Source: Campylobacteraceae bacterium
Lineage (GTDB): Bacteria > Campylobacterota > Campylobacteria > Campylobacterales > Sulfurovaceae
Reading direction: 5' to 3'
NCBI GenBank assembly: GCA_026996165.1
Contig: JALWMP010000062.1
Coordinates: 1-57,089, forward strand
DNA length: 57,089 bases
The position numbers and the translations under genes were made by a program. The notes under the pieces were generated by a model, which made no database searches, was not told where the DNA came from, and saw nothing but the letters and a program-made list of their open reading frames with translations. Each line of letters starts with the position of its first letter. The first letter of the stretch is position 1. Positions 21,103-30,308 of the stretch are shown here, piece after piece.

Positions 21103-22333
21103 AGATTTTTATAGAGCTTTTGAAGAAAGATATAGAGGTTCAAGAGAACTTATTAAAGAGAGACTTTTAGTTTATTTACCATTTGTTTTGCCTTTAAAAG
21201 AGTTATATCCTGATGGTATAGCACTAGATATTGGTTGTGGTAGAGGGGAGTGGTTAGAGTTACTTGGTGATAACCAAATAACAGCTAAAGGCATAGATTT
21301 AGATGATGGTATGTTAAAAGCTTCTCATAAACTCAATCTCGATGTTATGCAAGGTGATGGTATAGAGTATCTTAAAAAACAAGATAGTAAAAGCATAACT
21401 ATAATCAGTGCTTTTCATGTAGTTGAGCATATCTCTTTTGAAGAGTTACAGTCTCTAGTAGAGGAGTCTCTTCGTGTTTTAAAACCAGGGGGAATACTAA
21501 TCTTAGAGACACCAAACCCAGAAAACATAAGAGTAGCTACAGAACATTTCTATCTTGACCCAACACACATTAAGCCAATTCCATCTAGTCTATTGGCTTT
21601 TTTACCAGAGTTTTATGGTTTTAGTCGTACAAAGGTACTCAAACTTCAAGAGTCAAAAGAGCTTATAGCTCAAAAGAGCATAAATCTACTGCAACTCTTA
21701 GAGGGGGTCAGCCCTGACTATGCCATAGTTGCTCAAAAAGCTACAACGCAAGATAGTTTAGAAAAGTTTGATGAGGTATTTTCAAAAGATTTTGGACTCT
21801 CTCTAAATTCGCTTGGTGAAAAGTTTGAAAATCGTATATTACACATAGAATTAAAAGCAACTGAAGCTGAGAGAAAAGCAACAGAATCTGAAACAAGAGC
21901 TATTGAGGCAGAAGCAAGAACAGATGAAGCTCTATATCACTATAATGCTATCATAAATAGTAAATCTTGGAAAATTACAAAACCACTTAGATTAGCTGGT
22001 GATTTTATTCGTTGGTTTAAAAGAGGAGTCTACCATTGGGTAACTTTTTCTCCAACAAGTCGTCCAAGACGAGTAGCTAAAAAGATTTTAATTTCACTAA
22101 AGTATTACATACATACAAAACCAAGACTAAAAACAAAACTCTTAAATATCTTAGATAGGTTTCCAAAACTAAAAACAAGACTTAAAAGCATTGGTTCAAC
22201 AGATTTTTCTAACCATAATTTATTAGAAGTAGATATATATACTAACAGTGAAGTAAAACTATCTCCAAAAGCTAAAAAAGTATATAGTGACCTCAAAAAA
22301 GTAATCGATTTACAAAAAGGTAATAAATCATGA
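21092..22333 (+). CDS. SAM-dependent methyltransferase with short coiled coil (WbdD-like chain terminator)
   Basis: FEERYRGS, LDIGCGRGE, HVVEH, LKPGG..ETPNP, heptad repeats, then NSKSWKITKPLR. Confidence 0.85.
   Translation: MSNRDFYRAFEERYRGSRELIKERLLVYLPFVLPLKELYPDGIALDIGCGRGEWLELLGDNQITAKGIDLDDGMLKASHKLNLDVMQGDGIEYLKKQDSKSITIISAFHVVEHISFEELQSLVEESLRVLKPGGILILETPNPENIRVATEHFYLDPTHIKPIPSSLLAFLPEFYGFSRTKVLKLQESKELIAQKSINLLQLLEGVSPDYAIVAQKATTQDSLEKFDEVFSKDFGLSLNSLGEKFENRILHIELKATEAERKATESETRAIEAEARTDEALYHYNAIINSKSWKITKPLRLAGDFIRWFKRGVYHWVTFSPTSRPRRVAKKILISLKYYIHTKPRLKTKLLNILDRFPKLKTRLKSIGSTDFSNHNLLEVDIYTNSEVKLSPKAKKVYSDLKKVIDLQKGNKS
21854..21931 (+). repeat. degenerate 21-nt (7-aa) tandem repeat, about 3.7 units
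   Basis: KATEAER-KATESET-RAIEAEA-RTDEA. DNA aaagcaactgaagctgagaga / aaagcaacagaatctgaaaca / agagctattgaggcagaagca. Confidence 0.7.
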
Positions 22334-25300
22334 GAATAGTTATTGACCTACAAGGTGCACAGAGTGCAAGTAGATACAGAGGTATAGGTAGATACTCTGT
22401 AGCCATATCAAAAGCAATAGTTAAAAATAGTGGTAATCATGAAGTCATTATTGCATTGTCAAATCTTTTTGCAGATACTATTGATGAGATAAAACAAGAG
22501 TTTAAAGAGATTTTACCTCTAAAAAATATAAAAGTTTGGCATGGAGTAGCCCCTGTAAAAGAGTCCGAAGAGCAAAACTATAAAAGAAGAGAAATTAGTG
22601 AACTCTTAAGAGAGTCTTTTTTAAGTAACCTAAAACCAGATATAATATTTATTACAAGTCTCTTTGAGGGTTATGTAGATAATGCAGTTACAAGCATAAA
22701 GAAATATGACAAACATACAAAAGTAGCTGTTACTAGTCATGACCTTATACCATATATCCATCAAGATAAGTATCTATCAAATAGGCTATATAAAGAACAC
22801 TATCTACAAAAGATTGAGTATCTAAAACAAGCAGACTTAATCTTAGGCATCTCAGAAAGCTCTTGCCGTGAAGTAGTAGAACATTTAGGTATTAGTAGAG
22901 AAAAGGTAGTCAATACTTCAGAAGCTGTAGATGAAATCTTTAGACCAAAAGAGCTAACCAAAGAGGAGAAGTCTACACTCTATAAAAGATTTAATATAAT
23001 TAGAAAAACAATAGTTTATGCCCCTGGAGGATTTGACGTTAGAAAAAACTTTGAAAATCTTATTGAAGCCTACTCCATTTTGCCTAAACATATAAAAGAA
23101 AACTATCAACTAGTCATCATTAGTAAAGTAGAACAAGCTGATAAAAAGAGACTTTTAGAGTTTGCAAAATCTAAAGGAGTCAAACAAGATGACCTAATCT
23201 TTACAGGCTATGTTTTGGACAATGAATTAATATTTTTTTATACTCTATGTGACCTCTTTGTTTTTCCATCTATACATGAGGGGTTTGGGTTACCTCTATT
23301 AGAGGCAATGAGTTGTGGTGCAGTTGTTATAGGTTCAAACACAACAAGTATTCCAGAGGTTATAGGGTGCAATGAAGCACTCTTTGACCCCTATGATGTT
23401 AACTCTATATCTAGTAAGATAGCAGAGGTCATTGAAAACAAAGCACTACAACAAAAGCTCTTGGAACATAACAAATCTCAAATCAAAAAGTTTTCGTGGG
23501 ATAATTCTGCTAAAAAGGCTATACAAAGCTTTGAAACTATGTTTGAGAAGACTCTACAAACAAAAAGTTGGAAAGAAAAGTTTCAAAGCTATAAAAAGAA
23601 CTATAATAGACAATTAGAACAAATAGCTAAGCTTTGCAATCTATATAAGCTAGATGAAGAGGAACTCTATGCCATATCTAAAGCCATTGCAAAAAATGAT
23701 GAGGTAGCAGATGAGATTTTAAGAGAGACTCCATTACCTCAAAAGATAACTTGGAGAGTAGAAGGACCATTTGATAGTTCCTATAGTCTTGCACTGTTAA
23801 ATCGTGAAACAGCTTTAGCACTAGATGAGTTAGGTCATGATGTTATACTCCACTCAACAGAAGGACCTGGTGACTTTGACCCTTCACAAGAGTTTTTAGA
23901 CAACAACCCAAAGTTAAACCAACTCTATCAAAAGTCTCTAAACTCCTCTTATAAGAGTGCAGAGGTAACAAGCCGTAACCTCTACCCACCTAGAGTAGAT
24001 GATATGACCTCTCAACTAAACTTACTACATCACTACGCTTGGGAGGAGTCGGGTTTCCCTATGAAGTGGATAGAGAACTTTAACCAACATCTTCAAGGCA
24101 TAACTTGCCTCTCTAAACATGTAGAGAAGATTTTAATAGACAATGGAGTTACTGTACCACTAACCACCTCAGGGTGTGGTGTAGACCATTGGGAAAAGAT
24201 TATACCAGAGACAAACTACAAACTAGAAGACTCAAATTTCCACTTTTTACATGTCTCCTCATGTTTTCCAAGAAAAGGTGTAGATGTTCTACTAAAAGCC
24301 TATGGTAAAGCATTTAGTCGTATAGACAAAGTAACTCTTGTTATTAAAACTTTTTCAAACCCACACAACCAAGTCCATGAGTGGCTAAAAGAGGCAAAAA
24401 AGAGTAATAGCAACTATCCAAAAGTAGTTATTATAGAAGAAGACTTAAGCCAAGAGCAACTAAAAGCACTCTATAACCAATGCGATGTTTTAGTAGCCCC
24501 TAGTCGTGCAGAGGGCTTTGGGCTTCCTCTAGCAGAGGCTATGCTCTCAAATCTTGCAGTTATTGCCACTGGTTGGGGAGGTCAACTTGACTTTTGTAAC
24601 GATGAGACGGCTTGGTTGATTGACTATAAGTTTCTACCTGCACAAACACACTTTGAGCTTTTTGACTCTGCTTGGGCTGAACCCTCTATAGAGCATTTGG
24701 CTCTACTTATGCAACAAGTTTGGCAACTTCCTAAAGAGAAGAGATTAAAAAAGACAAAAAAAGCAAAAGAGCAACTTCTAAAAAGCTTTAAATGGAGAGA
24801 CATCGCCTCAAACCTTGTAGATGCTACTAGAGAGTTTTCCAAAAAGAGTTATACTAAGTCTCCAAAAATAGGTTGGGTAACAACATGGAATACAAAGTGT
24901 GGCATAGCAACCTACTCAGAACATCTCATAAACAATATGTATGAGCCTGTTAGTGTATTGGCATCGCAGACAAATAACCAAACAGCACAAGACAAAAGCA
25001 ATGTCTACCGATGCTGGAGACAAGGAGAAGAGGATAACTTAATAGAGCTTTCAAAAACTATAGAACAACTCAACCTAGATACCATTGTCATACAGTTTAA
25101 CTATGGCTTTTTTAATTTTGAACACTTTAAAGAGTTTTTAGAGGAGCAAACAAAAAAACAAAGAGTTGTTGTTATTACTCTGCACTCCACAAATAATCCA
25201 AAACATGCCCCTAACAAAAAACTAGAGTACCTAGTAGAACACTTTGCAAAATCTAGTCGCATTTTGGTTCATACCTATAACGACCTCAATAGACTCAAAA

Positions 25301-25977
25301 ATCTTAATCTTATAGACAATGTAACACTTTTTCCTCATGGTCTAGTAGATTGGAATGCACAAGTAACACCTACTAGTAATACTACTTTTACCATCGCTAG
25401 TTATGGATTTTTTCTGCCACATAAAGGTCTTTTAGAGCTTATTGAGGCTTTTTCACTCCTTATTAAAAGAGATATAAAAGTAAAACTAAAAATGGTCAAT
25501 GCACTCTATCCAGTACCAGAGTCTCAAACTATAGTCTCTCAAGCAAAAGAACTTATAGAGTCTCTAAAATTAAGTAACTACATAGAGTTACATACCGACT
25601 TTTTACCAGACCAAGAGAGCTTAACACTACTCTCTCAAGCAGATTTAATAGTTTTTCCATACCAAGAGACGGGTGAGTCTTCTAGTGCTGCTGTTCGTTA
25701 TGGCTTAGCAACTAAAAAGCCAGTGGCAGTTACTCCCTTGGCTATTTTTGATGATGTCCAAAAAGCTGTCTTTAGTCTACCTGGAACATCTGCACAAGAT
25801 TTAGCAGATGGTATAGAGGAGTTAATGGTAAATATAAAACAAAATAGTAAACTCATACAAAACAGAGAACAAGATGCCAAAAAGTGGCGAAAATCACACA
25901 GCTACTCACACTTAGGCTCAAAACTTACAAACATACTAATAGCTTTAAAAAAGCAAAAACTCTTAACCAATCCATAG
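22330..25977 (+). CDS. three-domain GT4 glycosyltransferase (WbdA-like polymerase)
   Basis: RGIGRY...EGFGLPLLEAM (domain 1), RKGVD...EGFGLPLAEAM (domain 2), KCGIATY...HKG...ESSSAAVR (domain 3). Confidence 0.85.
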   Translation: MRIVIDLQGAQSASRYRGIGRYSVAISKAIVKNSGNHEVIIALSNLFADTIDEIKQEFKEILPLKNIKVWHGVAPVKESEEQNYKRREISELLRESFLSNLKPDIIFITSLFEGYVDNAVTSIKKYDKHTKVAVTSHDLIPYIHQDKYLSNRLYKEHYLQKIEYLKQADLILGISESSCREVVEHLGISREKVVNTSEAVDEIFRPKELTKEEKSTLYKRFNIIRKTIVYAPGGFDVRKNFENLIEAYSILPKHIKENYQLVIISKVEQADKKRLLEFAKSKGVKQDDLIFTGYVLDNELIFFYTLCDLFVFPSIHEGFGLPLLEAMSCGAVVIGSNTTSIPEVIGCNEALFDPYDVNSISSKIAEVIENKALQQKLLEHNKSQIKKFSWDNSAKKAIQSFETMFEKTLQTKSWKEKFQSYKKNYNRQLEQIAKLCNLYKLDEEELYAISKAIAKNDEVADEILRETPLPQKITWRVEGPFDSSYSLALLNRETALALDELGHDVILHSTEGPGDFDPSQEFLDNNPKLNQLYQKSLNSSYKSAEVTSRNLYPPRVDDMTSQLNLLHHYAWEESGFPMKWIENFNQHLQGITCLSKHVEKILIDNGVTVPLTTSGCGVDHWEKIIPETNYKLEDSNFHFLHVSSCFPRKGVDVLLKAYGKAFSRIDKVTLVIKTFSNPHNQVHEWLKEAKKSNSNYPKVVIIEEDLSQEQLKALYNQCDVLVAPSRAEGFGLPLAEAMLSNLAVIATGWGGQLDFCNDETAWLIDYKFLPAQTHFELFDSAWAEPSIEHLALLMQQVWQLPKEKRLKKTKKAKEQLLKSFKWRDIASNLVDATREFSKKSYTKSPKIGWVTTWNTKCGIATYSEHLINNMYEPVSVLASQTNNQTAQDKSNVYRCWRQGEEDNLIELSKTIEQLNLDTIVIQFNYGFFNFEHFKEFLEEQTKKQRVVVITLHSTNNPKHAPNKKLEYLVEHFAKSSRILVHTYNDLNRLKNLNLIDNVTLFPHGLVDWNAQVTPTSNTTFTIASYGFFLPHKGLLELIEAFSLLIKRDIKVKLKMVNALYPVPESQTIVSQAKELIESLKLSNYIELHTDFLPDQESLTLLSQADLIVFPYQETGESSSAAVRYGLATKKPVAVTPLAIFDDVQKAVFSLPGTSAQDLADGIEELMVNIKQNSKLIQNREQDAKKWRKSHSYSHLGSKLTNILIALKKQKLLTNP

Positions 25978-25992
25978 AGTAGTAGAGAAAGC

Positions 25993-26952
25993 ATGTTTGG
26001 TTATTTACGGTTTGTTTTAGCTATATTAGTTATGCTTTCACATCTTGATATTCGCTTTTTTACCCTAAATCAAGGGGTATTTGCTGTTACAATATTTTAT
26101 ATGTTAGCTGGGTATGTAGTATCTTATCTATATACCTCTGTAATTCCAAATGGAAAGTACAAAATACTACTTTTTTATAAAGATAGAATAAAAAGAATAT
26201 TTCCTCTATATCTATATATTATTAGTTTAACTATAGTTTTTCTACTGTTAACTAACTATGGAAATCCACACTTTACTCCTCTAAAACTTATATATAATAT
26301 AACTATTATTCCTCTAAATTACTATATGTACATAGATAGTACTATACTTACAAACCCCTCTTGGTGTCTAATTCCTCCTGCGTGGTCACTTGGAACAGAG
26401 CTTCAAGCATATATTTTGTTACCTTTTGCCATAATCTCACTTAAATTTAGATATTTTTTTATTTTTTTATCTATAATTATTTATACTTTAGCAAATTTGA
26501 CACTTTTACACCCTGATTATTTTGGTTATAGGTTTATTGTAGGGGTCTTTTTTATCTTTTTAATAGGCGTTTCTATTCGAGAGTCCAAATATAAACTTTT
26601 AACTATAATATGGATTTTTGTTCTAATACTCATTCTCATACTAATATATTTAGATTTAGAGAAGATAGCTTATGCAAGAGAGACATCACTAGGAATTTTA
26701 GTTGGTATACCCTTAATACACATATTATCTAAAATAAAAAGAAAATTTCTATTTAACTCTCTATTAGGTTCTATCTCTTATGCTATTTTTTTAAGTCATT
26801 TCCTATCTATATGGATAATAGAGGCTTTTTGGGGTAAAAAAGAGACTATTTTAATATTAATTTTAACGATTTTCATTTCTTTTAGTGGAGTATTTGTCGA
26901 AGAATATATAAAAAAATTAAAAAAAAGTATAAAAAAAATACAGTTTAAATAA
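25993..26952 (+). CDS. acyltransferase-3 family membrane O-acyltransferase
   Basis: LRFVLAILVMLSH, FY..RIKRIFP, AWSLGTE, GSISYAIFLSH. Confidence 0.85.
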   Translation: MFGYLRFVLAILVMLSHLDIRFFTLNQGVFAVTIFYMLAGYVVSYLYTSVIPNGKYKILLFYKDRIKRIFPLYLYIISLTIVFLLLTNYGNPHFTPLKLIYNITIIPLNYYMYIDSTILTNPSWCLIPPAWSLGTELQAYILLPFAIISLKFRYFFIFLSIIIYTLANLTLLHPDYFGYRFIVGVFFIFLIGVSIRESKYKLLTIIWIFVLILILILIYLDLEKIAYARETSLGILVGIPLIHILSKIKRKFLFNSLLGSISYAIFLSHFLSIWIIEAFWGKKETILILILTIFISFSGVFVEEYIKKLKKSIKKIQFK

Positions 26953-27058
26953 AATTAAATCTTTTTAGTATTGATTTAAGATTTTTGTGTTAGAATGATG
27001 CTAGAGTAAAGTTTTTTACTTAAATACCAAGAAAAATTTCTTAACTAAGGAGAAAAGT

Positions 27059-30000
27059 ATGGCATTAACAAAAACAGAGGTTTCAAAACTATATGTCGCG
27101 ATTTTTAATCGTGCATCAGAAGGTAATGGAAACACATATTGGCAAGATCAAGGGGATTTAGCAGAAGTAGCTACAAAAATGTTGGCTACACCAGATGCGG
27201 CAAGTTACTTTGGAGATAGTTTAAATGATGATAAAGCATTTATAGAGTGGATTTATAAAAATACATTAAATAAAACTTATGCAGATGATGCCTCAGGTAT
27301 CGACTACTGGGTTTCAGAGTTAGCAAGTGGTAAGACAAGAGGTCAAGTTGTAGCAGATTTAGTGACAGCAGCAACAGACCCTGCAAATGCAGGACCAGCA
27401 CAAGATCAATTTCATAATAGAGTAACAGTTTCTGACTACGTAGCAGATCATGTACCAGAAGTTCCTGAAGATTATAAGACTGCTTTAGGTTTTGATGGAG
27501 ACTTAGTTGTTACTAATCTTGGTCAAACTGTTATAGATTCAATAAAATATGTTGATCAAACATTGGCTGCAGGGGAAACTTTTAAACTTACTACAGATGT
27601 AGATGTTCCTGAATTAACAGATAAAAGTGATACTATTATAGCTGAATCTAGTTCAGTTCTTGGTCCTGATGATAAAATTATTGATACAAGTGTTAAAGAC
27701 CATGATGTTATGAATTTAACAGTTCAAGCTGACACACCAGCATTTACTGCACTTAATATTGAAGAGATTAATGTAACTTTAGAAACAATGGGTGGAAATA
27801 CTATTGATGCTTCAAATATTACTGGAAGTACTATATCTGTAGCTGCTGATCCAGCTCAAATTGGTTTTACAGGTGCTGCAACAATAGCTAATTTAGGTGA
27901 TAACAATGCTGTAGCAGGTGATGGTATTACAGATTTCACAGTAAATGGTGTAAAAGGTGGTCTTATAGATACAGGTTCGGCAACCTCTCTTACTACAGCT
28001 TCAGCTGCCGCAACAGATAGCCTTAATCTTAAAATTAATGGAGATGTATCTTTAACTGCAACTGCACATAAAGATTTAAATGTAGAGACAACTGCTGATG
28101 CAACTCTTACACTTGGTGGTACAATCTTCTCAGGTGATGGTGTAATTACAGGTAAAGGAGATTTAACTGTTAAAACTGCAACATCTACTTTTGATACTGC
28201 TAATGATGCAAAAACATTAGATAATCAAGGTACAGGAAAATTGGCAATTGAGTTAACTGATAGTGCTGTAGGTGTTGACCTTACAGGTGTAGATGCTAAT
28301 GATGTAATTACAGATGTTGCATTTACTCAAAATATTGAGTTTACAAATACGCTTGATGTTACAGCTAAAGCTACAGCAAACACTATGACTTTAACAGATG
28401 CAACACCAGCAGGTACAGGTGGTAGTGCAGGAACTCAGGCAAATATTCACTTAACAAAAGCAGGAACTTTAGCAACTGATTCATATACTTTTGTTGATGT
28501 AGATGAAGCATCTATTGAAGCTCAACAAGGTGGTGGAATTGCACAAATTGATACTGGTAGTGCAAACCTTACATTAAATACAGCAAAAGACTTAACTCTT
28601 ACAAACTTAATTGCTTCAGGACAAGGTGTTGTTGTGGATGCAGCATCAGCTGGTAAACTTACTATTACAAATATGGAAGCATCAGCTCTAAATGCAAAAG
28701 GATTTACAAAAGATCTTACTGTAACAGAAGCTGAAATTGCTGATACTCATACCTCAGGAGCAAATACAGATGCAACAGCTAGTCAAATAACTGTATTAGG
28801 TGGAACAGCTAAAAACTCTATTACTCTTGCTACTCAAACAGCAGCTGCAACAGTTGTAACACAAGACGATAAAGATACTATTACAGCTGTAAATACAACT
28901 GGAAAACTTACTATTGATTCTGCAGGTGGTGATGATACAGTAAGTGCTATTGCTATGACAACATCTGTAGCACAAATTGATTTAGGTGCAGGAAAAGATA
29001 CACTTACAGTTCAAAATGCTGATGCTACTGGTGATGCTACTGTAAATGCTGGTGCAGATGATGATACAGTTCTTGTTCTTGATACAACTGCTGGTAAAAT
29101 GGTCGTTAATGGTGATGCTGGTAATGATATTGTTGATTTACAAGCTAAAATAACAGGTGGTGCTAATGTTGGTGGTGGAAAACTAGCTGCTACAGCAGAT
29201 GTTACTGTAAATGGTGCTGATGGTAATGATACTGTTAAAATCAATGCAGCTACTGCTGATACAGCTACAATTACTATTGATGGTGGTGATGGTACAGATA
29301 TTGTTGAAGTAACAAAAGATGCAGACTTTACAAATACAACTCTAACTCTTTCAACAATTGAAAACTTAAAAATTGATACTGCTGCTACTTTTACAGATGA
29401 TCAATTAAATGATCAAACATTTGCCGTTACTTCAGGTACAGCTGCTGTTGATATTCTTACTGTTAATCTTAATGCTTCTACTGCAACAGATAGTGAAAAT
29501 ACAACAAACTTAAGTACATTAGACTTCTCTGCTTCTAGTTCAACAGAAGTTGAATATGTAAATATTAATGCTACTGCAAGTTTAAGTGATGATATTATCA
29601 AAGGTGCTCATAATTCTACAAATGTAATTGATCTTGGTGCTGCTTCTGGTAAAGAGACAGTTCAACTATTTGCAGATGCTATTGGTACAACTATTGATAA
29701 CTTACAAACAGGTGCTACACAACCTGATGTAACATCATCTATGTTAACAGGAATAGATACAACAAAAACTACTTTTGATGTAGCAGTAATTAATCATTTT
29801 GAAACAGCAGATGATTCATTAATCCTTGGTGATGCTGCAACTTCAACAAACTATAAAGCAATTTCTGTTGATGCATTTAATGGTTCAGCAGCACCTGATG
29901 CAGGGGTTGAAGAGTACTTAGCCAATGCTATAGAGGGTGCAAATACAGAACTTGGTAATGATAGCAACTTAGAGTATGTTTATGTTTACAATTCAGATGC

Positions 30001-30151
30001 AACTACTGCAAATCCAAATACAAAAGATGCTTGGTTATTGTGGGATAGTGATGGTAACCATAGTATAGATGCTGCAATACTTCTAGTTGGTGTTGAACCA
30101 GATCCATCAGATGGTTCAGGTTTTGCTGCTTCTGATATTGTTGCAGGATAA
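27059..30151 (+). CDS. S-layer protein (SapA/RsaA-like, DUF4214-type N-terminus, T1SS substrate)
   Basis: No signal peptide. LYVAIFNRA...YW anchor domain, Ala/Thr/Asp-rich and Cys-free, RTX-like turns (LGAGKDTL, GDAGNDIV, GADGNDTV, GGDGTDIV), strong SD aaggag, same island as sapCDEF. Confidence 0.88.
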   Translation: MALTKTEVSKLYVAIFNRASEGNGNTYWQDQGDLAEVATKMLATPDAASYFGDSLNDDKAFIEWIYKNTLNKTYADDASGIDYWVSELASGKTRGQVVADLVTAATDPANAGPAQDQFHNRVTVSDYVADHVPEVPEDYKTALGFDGDLVVTNLGQTVIDSIKYVDQTLAAGETFKLTTDVDVPELTDKSDTIIAESSSVLGPDDKIIDTSVKDHDVMNLTVQADTPAFTALNIEEINVTLETMGGNTIDASNITGSTISVAADPAQIGFTGAATIANLGDNNAVAGDGITDFTVNGVKGGLIDTGSATSLTTASAAATDSLNLKINGDVSLTATAHKDLNVETTADATLTLGGTIFSGDGVITGKGDLTVKTATSTFDTANDAKTLDNQGTGKLAIELTDSAVGVDLTGVDANDVITDVAFTQNIEFTNTLDVTAKATANTMTLTDATPAGTGGSAGTQANIHLTKAGTLATDSYTFVDVDEASIEAQQGGGIAQIDTGSANLTLNTAKDLTLTNLIASGQGVVVDAASAGKLTITNMEASALNAKGFTKDLTVTEAEIADTHTSGANTDATASQITVLGGTAKNSITLATQTAAATVVTQDDKDTITAVNTTGKLTIDSAGGDDTVSAIAMTTSVAQIDLGAGKDTLTVQNADATGDATVNAGADDDTVLVLDTTAGKMVVNGDAGNDIVDLQAKITGGANVGGGKLAATADVTVNGADGNDTVKINAATADTATITIDGGDGTDIVEVTKDADFTNTTLTLSTIENLKIDTAATFTDDQLNDQTFAVTSGTAAVDILTVNLNASTATDSENTTNLSTLDFSASSSTEVEYVNINATASLSDDIIKGAHNSTNVIDLGAASGKETVQLFADAIGTTIDNLQTGATQPDVTSSMLTGIDTTKTTFDVAVINHFETADDSLILGDAATSTNYKAISVDAFNGSAAPDAGVEEYLANAIEGANTELGNDSNLEYVYVYNSDATTANPNTKDAWLLWDSDGNHSIDAAILLVGVEPDPSDGSGFAASDIVAG

Positions 30152-30161
30152 TCTTTTTTAG

Positions 30162-30221
30162 TTCCACATCATAAGATGTGGAATTTATTGTATTGGAGTA
30201 ATAGAACTGCTTACTCCAATA
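30162..30221 (+). terminator. tandem hairpins after the S-layer gene
   Basis: ttccacatc-ataa-gatgtggaa (30162-30183) and tattggagtaa-N9-ttactccaata (30191-30221). Confidence 0.7.
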
Positions 30222-30308
30222 TATAAATAATATACTTCTTTTTATTCCCTATTTTAATCTAACTATTTTTTGCTATAATTGCTTTAATTAAATCTATTTA
30301 AAAGGGAA

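Noticed and set aside
21703-21718. gggggtcagccctgac resembling the RAYT IR core
   Set aside because: Falls in coding sequence (EGVSPD), and similarity does not extend beyond about 7 nt.
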